30,811 bases of DNA from a virus (lineage: Duplodnaviria > Caudoviricetes): IMG/VR virus record IMGVR_UViG_3300045580_000181, positions 1 to 30,811 of that record, one strand, 5' to 3'. Under the pieces are notes generated by a model. That model was given only the letters and a program-made list of their open reading frames with translations, was not told where the DNA came from and made no database searches. Positions 1-9,935 of the stretch are shown piece by piece. The stretch's first letter is position 1, and every line of letters begins with the position of its first letter. A program made the translations under genes and the position numbers.

Positions 1-2
1 GA

Positions 3-245
3 CAGCGTGTGCATCGTCGTGCCGTCCGATGCCTTCTGGAAGAACTGGAACTCAAACTGCAGGTCGAACCTTTCGATACCGCCGAAGAGTTGCGCCGTGT
101 TTGCCGAGGCAACGCGGTAGACGAGCAGCGGAAGCGCCACGTTCGCCGCGAGCTGGTCGAGCCCGATGCGGCCGCCGAGCGTCGTGTTGATCGTGGAAGC
201 CGCCAGGCGGGTCGCTAGCGCGTCCAGAATGGCCTTCTGGCTCAC
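3..245 (-). CDS. Putative tail terminator/completion protein, N-terminal part (runs off window)
   Basis: GTG at 245 overlaps the stop of the upstream gene (GTGA). Translates VSQKAILDALATRLAAST...LPLLVYRV...FDLQFEFQFF. Position follows the gp10-like gene. Confidence 0.6.
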   Translation of the reverse strand, partial: MSQKAILDALATRLAASTINTTLGGRIGLDQLAANVALPLLVYRVASANTAQLFGGIERFDLQFEFQFFQKASDGTTMHTL

Positions 246-754
246 TTGCCACCTCCTGCCGGCGACTGCGGCCCGAACCAACGGCGGAACGCCACGCCGA
301 AGATGCGGCCGACCTGCTTGCGGAATACGTCCACGGTCGGACGAAGGTACGGGCGCGCGCGCATCCGACGCGTTCCATACTCGAGCATCGGCGCGTACGT
401 CACGCGGCTGCCGTAGTTCAGGATCGTCTTCGTATCGGTCTGGTCGACGCGGGCATAGCCGTATTTCCATTGCCCGAGCTGGTCGGAGATGAACGATGCG
501 CGCAGGCGATTCGTATTGACCGCCGGCGGGAAGCCTGACGCGCTGGCACGGTGGAATCCCGCCGCGCGCAGGTTGCGAGCGCCGCGCCCGCGTCCGCGCG
601 ACACGCGGTAGATGCGGCCCGTTCCTGGCTGCGAGAGCTTCGTGCGGACCAGACGGCCGAGCGCGATGAACGAGACGTTCATGGCCTCTAGGTTCGCAGA
701 GTCGAACGTGGCCTTGATCGCCTTCGGGTCGATGTTGACCTTTGCTTTCGCCAT
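242..754 (-). CDS. HK97 gp10-like tail completion/neck protein
   Basis: Start MAKAKV at 754. Motifs SASGFPPAVNTNRLRAS and YAPMLEYGTRRMRARPYLRP are typical of the gp10 family. Confidence 0.8.
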   Translation of the reverse strand: MAKAKVNIDPKAIKATFDSANLEAMNVSFIALGRLVRTKLSQPGTGRIYRVSRGRGRGARNLRAAGFHRASASGFPPAVNTNRLRASFISDQLGQWKYGYARVDQTDTKTILNYGSRVTYAPMLEYGTRRMRARPYLRPTVDVFRKQVGRIFGVAFRRWFGPQSPAGGGK

Positions 755-1137
755 CAGAGCGTCACCGTTGGCTCGACCTCGACGACATCGACGGCCGTCA
801 TGTTGAGATGCAGCGCCGCAAGGGTCCGTCCGATCTCGCCTGGATTGACCGCGCCCGTAACGCGCCATGCCGTCACGCTGCCCGATGTCCCGCTGTAGAT
901 TTCGTCCTCGATTCGGATATCCAGCGCGCCGTCGAAGTAGGCGGTTCCCGTCGTGCGGCTCGACGCGCGCCCCTCAAAGACATCCTGCGTCTGTCCTGTC
1001 GGCTGCACGAAGCCGCGCGCGGTGATCGCCGCGGACGAGAAGGTTCGTACGACCGTCCCGTCAGATGCCGTCGTGAGCGTCGGCCTGTAGACGTACAGGT
1101 CGATCCCGAAGCGCCCGACAAGGCTGGAGATGCTCAA
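754..1137 (-). CDS. Head closure (stopper) protein
   Basis: 127 aa, beta-rich, between the adaptor and gp10-like genes; ARGFVQP...IRIEDEI pattern. Confidence 0.65.
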   Translation of the reverse strand: MSISSLVGRFGIDLYVYRPTLTTASDGTVVRTFSSAAITARGFVQPTGQTQDVFEGRASSRTTGTAYFDGALDIRIEDEIYSGTSGSVTAWRVTGAVNPGEIGRTLAALHLNMTAVDVVEVEPTVTL

Positions 1138-1949
1138 CGGAGCCTCCGATAGCCGTCGAGCAGCGCGCGCGCCTCTCCGTCGATCTCAGCTGCCGCGCGC
1201 AGGCTGTACGAGTAGCCGCCGAGCGATTCGCTCTGCACCCCGAAATCTCGCTTGCGGCCGTGGTAGATGCGCTGCGCGATCATCATCACGGCCTGCTGAA
1301 CGTCCAGCGGTACTTCCTCATAGCCGGCCGTGTAGTCGATCAGCATCGACCGCGGCAGGTCGAGCCCGCGGCCGTGGATGATGCCAGCATCGAGATCCGC
1401 GATGTAGTCGGTAAACGAATCGGTCGGAGCCTCGAGATATGCCGTCGAGTTCTTGAGGTCGCGCCCGACGAGCTTGCGGATGTACTTGGTGGGGACGTTC
1501 AACAGCGTTGCCGCAAGGAAACCCGTGTGGTTGTTGATCTCCGTGACCAGCTCCGTCGTGACATCGTGAGAAGCCAGCGAAATCGTGGTTTGTGTCGCCT
1601 GCCCGTTGCTGGCGATTCGGTACAGGTGGAGGTGCTGCCCGTTCATCGAGACGGACACGAACGCGTCCGAGGCCACGGTCGCGTTGATCGACAGCACGGA
1701 ATCCCAGCCGACACCGACGAACCGCACGACGGAAACCGGCGACTGACGCAGCGCGAGCCGCGCCTGTCCCGTCGTGTCGCGGATCTCGACGTAGTCCTGC
1801 TGCACGAACTTGCGGCCACAATAGGTCTGCGCGGCGATCGACGCTCGGTCGATCGTCTGCTGCAGGATGACATCGTCGGCCGCGGTCGTGATGCCCGCGT
1901 AGACCTTGAAGTCTGAGAGCGAAACTAGGGTGTCTGCGCTGATCGCCAC
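1134..1949 (-). CDS. Head-tail adaptor (gp6-like) with a large internal insertion
   Basis: N-term LVSLSDFKVYAGI...YCGRKF; C-term YTAGYEEVPLDVQQAV...SESLGGYSYS...LLDGYRR. Confidence 0.8.
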   Translation of the reverse strand: MAISADTLVSLSDFKVYAGITTAADDVILQQTIDRASIAAQTYCGRKFVQQDYVEIRDTTGQARLALRQSPVSVVRFVGVGWDSVLSINATVASDAFVSVSMNGQHLHLYRIASNGQATQTTISLASHDVTTELVTEINNHTGFLAATLLNVPTKYIRKLVGRDLKNSTAYLEAPTDSFTDYIADLDAGIIHGRGLDLPRSMLIDYTAGYEEVPLDVQQAVMMIAQRIYHGRKRDFGVQSESLGGYSYSLRAAAEIDGEARALLDGYRRLR

Positions 1950-2170
1950 TAGGACTCCTTGCGCCGTTTCATCGGCTTGGGCGCGTTCTCAGGCGATTCC
2001 GCGAATAGCGGCGCAGCCGGCGCGACCCGCTTCAGGTAGCCGCGGCGGATCAGATCCTCGATGTTCGGCGCGTCCAGATGCACCGCCGTCCCTGGCCGAA
2101 GCTCCCGCCGCCCGTGGCGCGGGTCGGCAACGGCGAAAGGCTTCAGAACGATCAGAAGGTCATCGTGCAT
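1949..2170 (-). CDS. Small hypothetical protein (73 aa) in the head operon
   Basis: MHDDLLIVLKPF...LIRRGYLKRV...KRRKES; preceded by a GGGAGG RBS. Confidence 0.6.
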   Translation of the reverse strand: MHDDLLIVLKPFAVADPRHGRRELRPGTAVHLDAPNIEDLIRRGYLKRVAPAAPLFAESPENAPKPMKRRKES

Positions 2171-3207
2171 TTCGGCCTCCCCTCGTCGATGTAGGCGGGG
2201 TGATACTGATGCATCGCCTCGAACGACTCGTCGGGCCATGAGACGACGAGCTGAAGGTGGCCGATCCTGACGCGCGGCGTAAGGCAGACGCGCCGGCCAG
2301 CCTCGCGCAGACGGTTCCAGAAGAAGATGTCGTCGTCCGTGCGGCCCTTGCCCCAGCTGCCGTCCGCGTCGGGCTGACCCCAGAACAGCGGCCGCTTGAT
2401 TCCCTCGAGCGCGCTGCATCGGATGAGCGTCAGCCCGAAATGACCGCTGTAGATGTCGATGGCCTCGCAAAGCAGCCGTTCCTCGGACAGCGCGTCGAGC
2501 AGCTTGCCGTCCGCGCCCATGATGCAGAAAAGGCTATTCGGCTTGTCGCGCTGGATCTGCAACGGGCAGAGAACGTCGATGTCGGGATTCGACTCCATGA
2601 TCTGCCAGAGTCGAACGATGTCGTTCGCGTCGAACACGCTGTCGTAGTCGACGGTCAGAGCGTACTTGTGGCCGTCGCGCGCGGTCTGCTCAAGCATCCG
2701 CTCGAGGCATTGCCCCCAGAACACGCCCGTGGACCGAACCGCGTCGATGCCCAGTTTGCTGCAGGATTCGTGCAGGCAGCCCATCGTCGTCGTCCACGCA
2801 ACGCGAGGCAGCGACATGATGGCGAGAATGTCGTCGAGCGGCTTCGGCGGCTGCATACGCCAGTATTTGCGCGCGACGATGGAGATGGTGCCGTCCTTAT
2901 CCCATGACGTTCCCGACGCGGGACCGGCGGCGCAGAAGCCAGCCGCATCAAGGAGACGCAGCAGCTTCGCGCGGTTCCAAATCGACTTAAAGCGACCTCC
3001 GTCGACGCAGGCTTTCTCAGCGCCTGGCGATCCCGCTCGGTAGAGTTCGACGGCGCGGTCGAAGTCCGGCACGGTGATGATCACTTCGCCGCCGTCATCC
3101 GTCTCCGATGCAAGCTTGCGGAGGAACTCGACGGCATCCTCGGTCGTCATCTCGGCCACCGTCATGCCGAGGTCGCGGCGCTCTGCCATTCCACTCTCGT
3201 ATTTCAT
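2152..3207 (-). CDS. Glycosyltransferase (GT-A-like) with an N-terminal methyltransferase-like segment
   Basis: DxD motif (LTVDYDSVF), GHFGLTLIR, DDIFFW, RIGHL. The N-term GGEVIITVPDF...LLDAAGF resembles the C-terminal half of a class I methyltransferase. AGGAG RBS before ATG 3207. Confidence 0.75.
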   Translation of the reverse strand: MKYESGMAERRDLGMTVAEMTTEDAVEFLRKLASETDDGGEVIITVPDFDRAVELYRAGSPGAEKACVDGGRFKSIWNRAKLLRLLDAAGFCAAGPASGTSWDKDGTISIVARKYWRMQPPKPLDDILAIMSLPRVAWTTTMGCLHESCSKLGIDAVRSTGVFWGQCLERMLEQTARDGHKYALTVDYDSVFDANDIVRLWQIMESNPDIDVLCPLQIQRDKPNSLFCIMGADGKLLDALSEERLLCEAIDIYSGHFGLTLIRCSALEGIKRPLFWGQPDADGSWGKGRTDDDIFFWNRLREAGRRVCLTPRVRIGHLQLVVSWPDESFEAMHQYHPAYIDEGRPKCTMTF

Positions 3208-3233
3208 GGCTGTCTCCTGCGCGAATGGTAGCC

Positions 3234-3268
3234 AAAGAGAACAGGGCCGCACACAAGGTGCGGCCCCG
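3234..3268 (-). terminator. Rho-independent terminator after the capsid/decoration genes
   Basis: Minus-strand GC-rich hairpin GGGGCCGCAC...GTGCGGCCCT followed by GTTCTCTTT. Confidence 0.7.
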
Positions 3269-3291
3269 TTCCACGCGAATGGGTCGTTCGG

Positions 3292-3696
3292 TCAGATGTA
3301 GGCGACGTTGACCGCGTTGACCTCGCCTGCCGTGATCGGTGCGTCCGAGCCTTCGTGCAGGACGGCGACGATCGACAGCGAGTTGCTGGCGGCGTAGCCG
3401 GTCGTCGGCTTCAGATACCGCTTGCGGCCGCGGAGGTCGACGTTCCAGACGACCTTAGCGACCGTCGCAGCCGCGGCAGTCGTGGCAGGGGTCAGGCCGG
3501 TCACGACCGTCGCCCAAGTCGAGTTGTCGTCCGACTCCTCAAGGACGGTGTTCGAAGCAGCCGTGTGGAGGCCGGCAGCCGCGTTGTTGAATGCGACGAT
3601 CTGAGCGTAGGAGAAACCGCGCGTGTCGATCGACGCGGTCAGCGTCGTAACGCCAGCGCCCGACGCGCAGATGAACTTGGTGTTTGATGGCTTCAT
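3292..3696 (-). CDS. Putative capsid decoration/cement protein
   Basis: 134 aa directly after the major capsid gene with its own RBS; IDTRGF...LEESDD...VDLRGRKRYL beta-sandwich pattern. Confidence 0.6.
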   Translation of the reverse strand: MKPSNTKFICASGAGVTTLTASIDTRGFSYAQIVAFNNAAAGLHTAASNTVLEESDDNSTWATVVTGLTPATTAAAATVAKVVWNVDLRGRKRYLKPTTGYAASNSLSIVAVLHEGSDAPITAGEVNAVNVAYI

Positions 3697-3716
3697 GGGT
3701 GTTGGCTCCGTTCTGA

Positions 3717-5099
3717 TCAGAGGGTCATCTTGATCATCGCGCCGGCGGCAGACGAGCTGCCGCAGTTGGCGCAGACGATGTCGAAGCGCTGGGTGCCGCG
3801 AATCACGCGCTCGTCCTGCTCGAACGCGTTCAGCGCCGAGTCGGAGAAAGCGATGGAGGTGGAGCGACGGTCGCCCAGGTACACGGCCTGCGTCATGTCA
3901 CCGACGTAGGCGAAGGTCGCGCCCGCGCCGCTCGGGGCCGCGGAGAGAACCTGGGTGAACTCGACGGGGTAGCCGAGGAAAGTCGGGCCAGCGATGCCGC
4001 GAGCGATCTCCGTGGCCGACGCGCCGGTCGGAGTGCTGCCGACCTGGAACATCAGGCGCTCAAAGACGCTGTGGTACACCGACTTGTTGCAGTAGAACTT
4101 GATGTTGTTCCGCTGCGCCGCCCAGCCCGGCAGCTTCGCAAGCGCGGCCGCGATCTCGGCGGTCGTCACGCCGCTGGTAGCGGTCTGCGCGCCGTCGCTG
4201 ATCTGGTAGGTCGCGTCCGAAAGCGTGGTCGAGAGGCCGACGATGCCGCCGTAGCCCGACGTGCCGTCGCCGTTGAAGCCCGCGTCGTCCTCCTTGAAGG
4301 CGAACGCGTAGGCGATTTCGCCGGCGATGTCGTCACCGATGTTGACGAGCGCGTCCTCGAGCAGTTCGCTCGTAACGGTCGTCAGGGCCATGAGCTTCTT
4401 GGCGACGAGGTTGACCTGGTCGATGGTCTGGGTCGACTCCGTGCCGGCCGCAGCCTCTCCGACGAAGTAGGCGGTGAGGCCAGCTGCGCGCTTCGGGATG
4501 CGGAGGGTGTCGCTCGCCATCGGCCAGACGCGCGCATTGCGGCGGATCACGCCGTACTGCTCGCGGAGGGTCACCAGCTCGTTCTCGAACTCGTCGGGAA
4601 CAAGGTAGCCGCCCTGCGAGTTCACGCCTTCCGTGTGGGCCTTGCGGATGACGAGCCCCTGCGAGGCGCAGAAGTCCGCGCTCTTCTTGTGGCCCATCGC
4701 GCCGAGGAACCATGCGCCCATGCGGTACGCGGTTTCCTTGGACTTGAGGTGCTTGAGGCGACCGTACTGACGGGCGCTCTCCCAGGTCTTGGGCTCGGCG
4801 GTGACGGCGAACTTCGCGCCGCTCGGGTTCGCGCTGGCGAGAGCCGAGCGCACGCTCTTCTGGATCTGATCCTCAGTCATTTCGGGCTCCTTGGCCGCGT
4901 CGTTTTCCATCTCGGGCTCTCCGGCGGCCGGCGCGATCGTGATGTCGATCGCCTCGGGGTCGACCGCCAGACCGTTCTCGTCCACGATCATGAAGCGATC
5001 GAGGATGAGCTTCTTCTGCGCGATCACGCCGGCCTCGCCCTTGAGGGCGGCAGCCTTGGTGAGATGCTCGCGCAGCTCGCTGGTGTTCATGGTCTTCAT
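3717..5099 (-). CDS. Major capsid protein, HK97 family
   Basis: GGYLVPDEF, SELLEDA, FLGYPVEFT, RFDI motifs; N-terminal delta/scaffold-like region. Confidence 0.95.
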   Translation of the reverse strand: MKTMNTSELREHLTKAAALKGEAGVIAQKKLILDRFMIVDENGLAVDPEAIDITIAPAAGEPEMENDAAKEPEMTEDQIQKSVRSALASANPSGAKFAVTAEPKTWESARQYGRLKHLKSKETAYRMGAWFLGAMGHKKSADFCASQGLVIRKAHTEGVNSQGGYLVPDEFENELVTLREQYGVIRRNARVWPMASDTLRIPKRAAGLTAYFVGEAAAGTESTQTIDQVNLVAKKLMALTTVTSELLEDALVNIGDDIAGEIAYAFAFKEDDAGFNGDGTSGYGGIVGLSTTLSDATYQISDGAQTATSGVTTAEIAAALAKLPGWAAQRNNIKFYCNKSVYHSVFERLMFQVGSTPTGASATEIARGIAGPTFLGYPVEFTQVLSAAPSGAGATFAYVGDMTQAVYLGDRRSTSIAFSDSALNAFEQDERVIRGTQRFDIVCANCGSSSAAGAMIKMTL

Positions 5100-5170
5100 T
5101 TCGGACTCCGTTTCGTTCTATGGTCAGCCGCGAGGCGCGCTTTCAGCCGTTGCGTAGGCGCGCCGAGGAC

Positions 5171-5845
5171 TCACGACCACAGCCGTCCCCGCGCTCGAGC
5201 GATCTCGCGCGCGATGATGGCTTCTGCGTCAATCGGCTTGGCGGCCGCGGCGGATGAGTCCGCGCGCTTGACCGCGATCGGGACGACGATCGACACGCGG
5301 CGCGGCGGCTCGATGCCGAAGAACCGCTTTGCCGCGACGGGGCTGACGATGCCCTTCTTGACCGCGGTGATGAGCGCTTCGGGATTCGCCTGCAGCGGCG
5401 CAAGGCTGATCTCGAGCAACTTCCAACGGCTGTAGACCGTGTGGACCCCGTCGCCGTACTTCTTGCGGTCGACCTCGCTGGCGCGGCGCGTGCCGCCTGG
5501 CTCGGAGGTGTAGCCCACCGACACGCCCTTGACGATGCCCTGCCCGACGAGCGCCGCGGCGACCTCTGGAAAGAACTCCCCCGAGTAGCCGTCAGGTCGC
5601 TTGGCGAAGATGAAGTCTGCCACGATGTCCTTCTCGCGGCGCTTGATCGAGGTCGCGCGCCCGACCGGCTTCTCGTAGTCGTGGTTCCAGAACAGGACAG
5701 GGTTTGTCTCGAACGTCGCGGAGTTCATGCCGCCAGGGATCAGCACCTCGCCGTCGCGGTCGATCGTCTCGGCCGTGATGATGGCCGTGAAGCCCTTTGC
5801 CGTCGAGCTGATGTCCGCGGCAAGCGCCTTGGTCTTCGTGGTCAT
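5171..5845 (-). CDS. Prohead protease, HK97 family
   Basis: DRDGEV, NPVLFWNHD, GVSVGY, LLEISLAPLQANPEA. Confidence 0.93.
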   Translation of the reverse strand: MTTKTKALAADISSTAKGFTAIITAETIDRDGEVLIPGGMNSATFETNPVLFWNHDYEKPVGRATSIKRREKDIVADFIFAKRPDGYSGEFFPEVAAALVGQGIVKGVSVGYTSEPGGTRRASEVDRKKYGDGVHTVYSRWKLLEISLAPLQANPEALITAVKKGIVSPVAAKRFFGIEPPRRVSIVVPIAVKRADSSAAAAKPIDAEAIIAREIARARGRLWS

Positions 5846-8757
5846 TCCGTTGGCTCCGTGTACGGACCCGTCATCGTCGCAGCGTCCGCTTCCATGTCCT
5901 TGATGATCTGTTCGTAGTCGTCTACGAGGACCGGCTGCATCGAGCAGCGGCAGTTCGGGTGCAACGGCGGCCCGTCGACCGCCTCATAGTCGAGCGCCAG
6001 CTCCCCGCCGTCCGCGCCCGTGAGCGTCTGGCCCTGCTTGTAGAACGGCTCGTTGATGCCGACCGACTTCTGCCCGAACTGCTCGGACGCGGCCTGGCAA
6101 AACTCGCACGGGTCAGGCGCGAGCAGCCATTTCTTGCCCTCGACCAGACCCGTAGACTTCCACGCCTCGCTCTCGGCCTTGCGGGTAGCGCGCTGCGCCT
6201 CGGTGCGGGCGATGGTGATGGCCCTCGAGCGCGTCTGCCGCGCTGCGTCGCCCTTCTCGCCCGCCCATTCCTGCACGCGCGTGGCGAGTTCGGGGATAGT
6301 CTCGCCGCTCTGGATGCCGTCGCCCAGAATCTTGGAGACGCGGACGGAGGTGTACTGGTTGACCGAGCGCGCGCTGTTGCGGGCAAGGCGCACCGATTCC
6401 GACTCGACGTACGCGTCGAGGTTCGCCGTCTCTGGCGTGAAGTCGGGAAGCGCCGTCGCCAGGTTCTTGATGGTGTCCGTGCCGAGCGAGATGCCAGTCT
6501 TGAGGCTCGACTGCAGGTAGGGCCGAAGCGCCGCGACCAGCTCGCGGTCCCATCGCGCGCTCTTTAGCAACGACTCGACCTTGAGCGTGAGTTCGGCGCT
6601 AGGTGCGGTCGACGCGTTGAGTTCCTTGAGGACCGCCGAAATCTGGCGCTGCAGGACGCGGTCGACTGCGTTGCCGATGGCGCGCTCGTCTTCCGTGATC
6701 TCCTCGAACTCGTCGCCGGCATCTGGCTTCTTCGCGCGCGCCTTCGTGTGGATCTCGGGCAGCTGCTCGCCGTCCATAGACCAGAGCGCCTTCTGAGATA
6801 TGGACGCGCCAGACTCGCAGCCGCATCCGCAGCCCGACTTCACGCCGCGCGCGCGGTCGAACTCCTCGACTTTGCGGCGAGCCCATACCCAGCCCTCGTC
6901 GCCGCCCCAGCCGTACCAGGCTTGCCATCCCTTGCCCTGCTCGTCCCATGTCTGGCCCTGCTTGTCGACTTCGTGCCGCTCAAAGTACGCGGCCATGCGG
7001 CGGATCGTCTCCTCCGACAGATTCGCACGGTTCGCTAGGTCGCGCGCGCGCGCGATGCCGACTTCGGTCATGCCGCGCTGGCTGTCTGGCTTCTCGCTGC
7101 GGACCTCAAGCGCGCGCTGCGCGTTGCGGGCCACCGCCTCTGGCGGCTTCGTGTCGATGTCGGACACGGCCTTCGATCCTGCATCGCACATGGAAATCGC
7201 GATGGCGATCGCCTGGTCGCGCGGGTAGCCCTCGTCAAGAAGCTTCGGAATCTTCTCGGAGACGCAGTCGGCGGGGCTCGCCTTCTCGTCGATCGCGCCG
7301 AGCGTGAGCATCGCGTTCTGCCACGACTTCACGCCGACCTCCGCGACGGGCTCGTCCACGGGTGTCGTGGCCTCCCCGCCACCGTCCGGCCCGGCGGGGC
7401 CGGCGGGCGCGGACGGCGGCTCAGGGGAGAAGGACGGGACAGCCGGCGGCGGCGGGACGGGACCGCCGAGCGACTGGTTGTTGAAGAGCAGGGAATCCGC
7501 GTTGGGGTCATCGCTCGCGGCAAGCCCCTGCAGCTCGCGCGCTTCGTTGACGGTCATCATGCCAGCGGAGACGGCGGCGCGGACGCGCTCAAACTCAAAG
7601 CGCTCATCCTCGAGGACTGGATTGTCGTACGCAAGGAACGCGTCGTCCTCGATGCCGAAGAGCGGCAGGAGCGACTGATTCAGCGTCTCCTCGTCCATCC
7701 GCAGGAGCGGGAGGATCGTGTTCGACCGCCACGACGCAAAGCCGACCTGCGCGGACGCGAGGTTCGGGTCATTGGCCTTGAGCATCGAGACAGGCACGCC
7801 GAATACCGCGGCGATCTCCTCGATGATCTCCGTGCGGCCTGCCAGGTCCTTCGGCGGGAAGCCCATCGGCTTCAGATCGACATCGGACGACATCGTGAGG
7901 AAGCGGCCCGTACGCTTCTTGCCGCGCAGCTTCTCGTCAATCTGGACCTCGAGCCGCTCGATCTCGTTCGGATCGGCAACGCCCTTGAACGTCAGCAGGT
8001 AGTCGGGCCGCGCCTTGTTGGAGAAGAACGACAGGTCCATCTCATGGACGGCCTCGTTCTGCATCGCCGCGCCCCATGCCGCCTCGGCCTTGCCAAGCCC
8101 GTAGTACAGGTCGCCAGGGTTCGGCCGCCTAAAGTGAATCACTTCGTCGGCAGGGAAGAAGCGCCGCTGATCGCGGGTCGCGCCATAGAGATAGCCGTCG
8201 ATGAACTCGACCTTTCCCGGCACGATCTCGACCCATTGCGACGGCATGATCCAAAGAGACGAAGGGCGACCGAGCTGGCGGTCGATGACGGGATGGATAT
8301 ACGCGTTTCCCGTCAGCTCCGTATAGAGGATGCGGAGGATGGTCGCGTCGAAGCCGTTCTGGTACTGATTGAACTTGCTCAGTACCTCAAGCACGGGGTG
8401 CATCTCGGTGACGACCTCGTAGTCGTCGCCGTACTCCGCGGCCTTGGTCATCACCGTGCGCGACGGCTGCGCGGAGAGGTCGCCGGCTAGATAGGCCTTC
8501 GCCCTCATGCCAGGCGCGCGCGTGCGCCAAAGCGACTTGCGTCCGCCCTTCCTGACGTAGAGGCGAATCGGCTGCGATGCGACCGCGACCGCGTTGAGGT
8601 TCGCGGCTGCGTAGATCCATGATCGGTACGACGCGACGGCGGCGTGGTAGCTGAACGGCTGGCGCTTGCCTTCGTCGCCGTGGACAATCTGCATCGAGGT
8701 CTGCAGGAACTTGTCCTCGTTGAACGCGCGCTTGATTCGGTCGAGTAGTCGTCTCAT
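5842..8757 (-). CDS. Portal protein fused to extra domains and a Mu gpF/SPP1 gp7-like head morphogenesis domain (971 aa)
   Basis: Portal motifs ELTGNAY, EVIHFR, IAAVFGVP, TVNEARE; C-terminal RAITIARTE...KKW...CEFC...PPLHPNCRC. Confidence 0.9.
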   Translation of the reverse strand: MRRLLDRIKRAFNEDKFLQTSMQIVHGDEGKRQPFSYHAAVASYRSWIYAAANLNAVAVASQPIRLYVRKGGRKSLWRTRAPGMRAKAYLAGDLSAQPSRTVMTKAAEYGDDYEVVTEMHPVLEVLSKFNQYQNGFDATILRILYTELTGNAYIHPVIDRQLGRPSSLWIMPSQWVEIVPGKVEFIDGYLYGATRDQRRFFPADEVIHFRRPNPGDLYYGLGKAEAAWGAAMQNEAVHEMDLSFFSNKARPDYLLTFKGVADPNEIERLEVQIDEKLRGKKRTGRFLTMSSDVDLKPMGFPPKDLAGRTEIIEEIAAVFGVPVSMLKANDPNLASAQVGFASWRSNTILPLLRMDEETLNQSLLPLFGIEDDAFLAYDNPVLEDERFEFERVRAAVSAGMMTVNEARELQGLAASDDPNADSLLFNNQSLGGPVPPPPAVPSFSPEPPSAPAGPAGPDGGGEATTPVDEPVAEVGVKSWQNAMLTLGAIDEKASPADCVSEKIPKLLDEGYPRDQAIAIAISMCDAGSKAVSDIDTKPPEAVARNAQRALEVRSEKPDSQRGMTEVGIARARDLANRANLSEETIRRMAAYFERHEVDKQGQTWDEQGKGWQAWYGWGGDEGWVWARRKVEEFDRARGVKSGCGCGCESGASISQKALWSMDGEQLPEIHTKARAKKPDAGDEFEEITEDERAIGNAVDRVLQRQISAVLKELNASTAPSAELTLKVESLLKSARWDRELVAALRPYLQSSLKTGISLGTDTIKNLATALPDFTPETANLDAYVESESVRLARNSARSVNQYTSVRVSKILGDGIQSGETIPELATRVQEWAGEKGDAARQTRSRAITIARTEAQRATRKAESEAWKSTGLVEGKKWLLAPDPCEFCQAASEQFGQKSVGINEPFYKQGQTLTGADGGELALDYEAVDGPPLHPNCRCSMQPVLVDDYEQIIKDMEADAATMTGPYTEPTE

Positions 8758-9935
8758 ATGACCTTCACGATGAGGGGCCGCCGCTGCCGTCGAGCATGGA
8801 GCGCGAGGGCAAGCGCGCATACTCCGTCGTCGTGGCCGACCGTTGCCTCGTATTGCACCGCGCCCCGTGGTGAGTATCGGAAGCCAAAGGCCTCTAGTTC
8901 AGCGCGGAGCCATCCTTCGGGAAATCGTACCTCAGCCGTCTGTATGGCGATCTGCAGGCCTTCCATGAGCTGCTGCTTCGTCGCGCTTGTGAACTTGAAG
9001 CCCTCTGCGCGGCGGCAGACCTTGCGTAGATCCTCGACGATCGGATCGCCTACGCCCGTCGAGTCGATCTGCGCCGGCAGCTGCCCGAGCATCCGCGCAA
9101 GCTTTTCGCGCGTGACGGTCCAAGGCGCTTGCCATCGCTCGAGCCTGCACACGAGCCCCGCGCCGTCGAGCGCCACGGCGACGGTGTAGTCGCTGGACTT
9201 CGCAAGGTCCACGCCCCAGACTTCAGGCGCGTCCGACGACATCGGCGCGACGCATTGCGCGATGGCCGACAGGCCGAACGGGTTCCCGCCATCCTCCGCG
9301 GGGATGCCCTCGTATTCCTGCGCGAAGACCTGAGCCGGCAGCATCCGCCGCGCGGCTTCGATCTCCGCTGGGTCGAGGTGCGGGTTTGCAGCCGATCCGA
9401 TGCGGAACGCGCGGAACTCTCCCGACGCATCCGACTCTGCCTGGGAGAAGAGCCGATGGAAATCGCCGCTGCCCTTCGGCGTGCCGAGGAACAGCGCGCG
9501 CCCCTTGCGGTCGGTCAGGGTCGCGCGTATCGACTGCTGCCAGCAGTCGAGGAGATGCCCGACCATTCCCGCCTCGTCAATGACGACCAGGTCGTAGTCG
9601 CGCGATCGTCCCGCGTCGACATCCTCGAGCGTCCAGAAGTCGACCACGCCGCGCGTACGCAGCTCCATCCGATGCTCGACGCGGTCGTGCCTGGCGATGA
9701 TCGGCCCTAGCGCGCGCTCAAACTCGCGCACGGGTTCCGCCAGGTACTTGTATGACGGGGCGAACCATCCGACCTTCTTGCCGTGGATCGCGTCGTAGGT
9801 GCAGATCACGCGGCCGAACGTGGTCTTTCCCCAGCGCCGGCCGATCTCGAGAACCGAGAAGCGCGCGAGCTTCGCGTAGACCTCGCGCTGCGACTCATGC
9901 AGCACGCTCTCGATGGCGGGTAGCCTGATCCTCAC
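8754..9935 (-). CDS. terL: Terminase large subunit
   Basis: Walker A GRRWGKT, Walker B VVIDEA, GTPKG, nuclease GVDLA...DSTGVG...HDDGVCALAL; GTGA overlap start. Confidence 0.95.
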   Translation of the reverse strand: MRIRLPAIESVLHESQREVYAKLARFSVLEIGRRWGKTTFGRVICTYDAIHGKKVGWFAPSYKYLAEPVREFERALGPIIARHDRVEHRMELRTRGVVDFWTLEDVDAGRSRDYDLVVIDEAGMVGHLLDCWQQSIRATLTDRKGRALFLGTPKGSGDFHRLFSQAESDASGEFRAFRIGSAANPHLDPAEIEAARRMLPAQVFAQEYEGIPAEDGGNPFGLSAIAQCVAPMSSDAPEVWGVDLAKSSDYTVAVALDGAGLVCRLERWQAPWTVTREKLARMLGQLPAQIDSTGVGDPIVEDLRKVCRRAEGFKFTSATKQQLMEGLQIAIQTAEVRFPEGWLRAELEAFGFRYSPRGAVQYEATVGHDDGVCALALALHARRQRRPLIVKVI

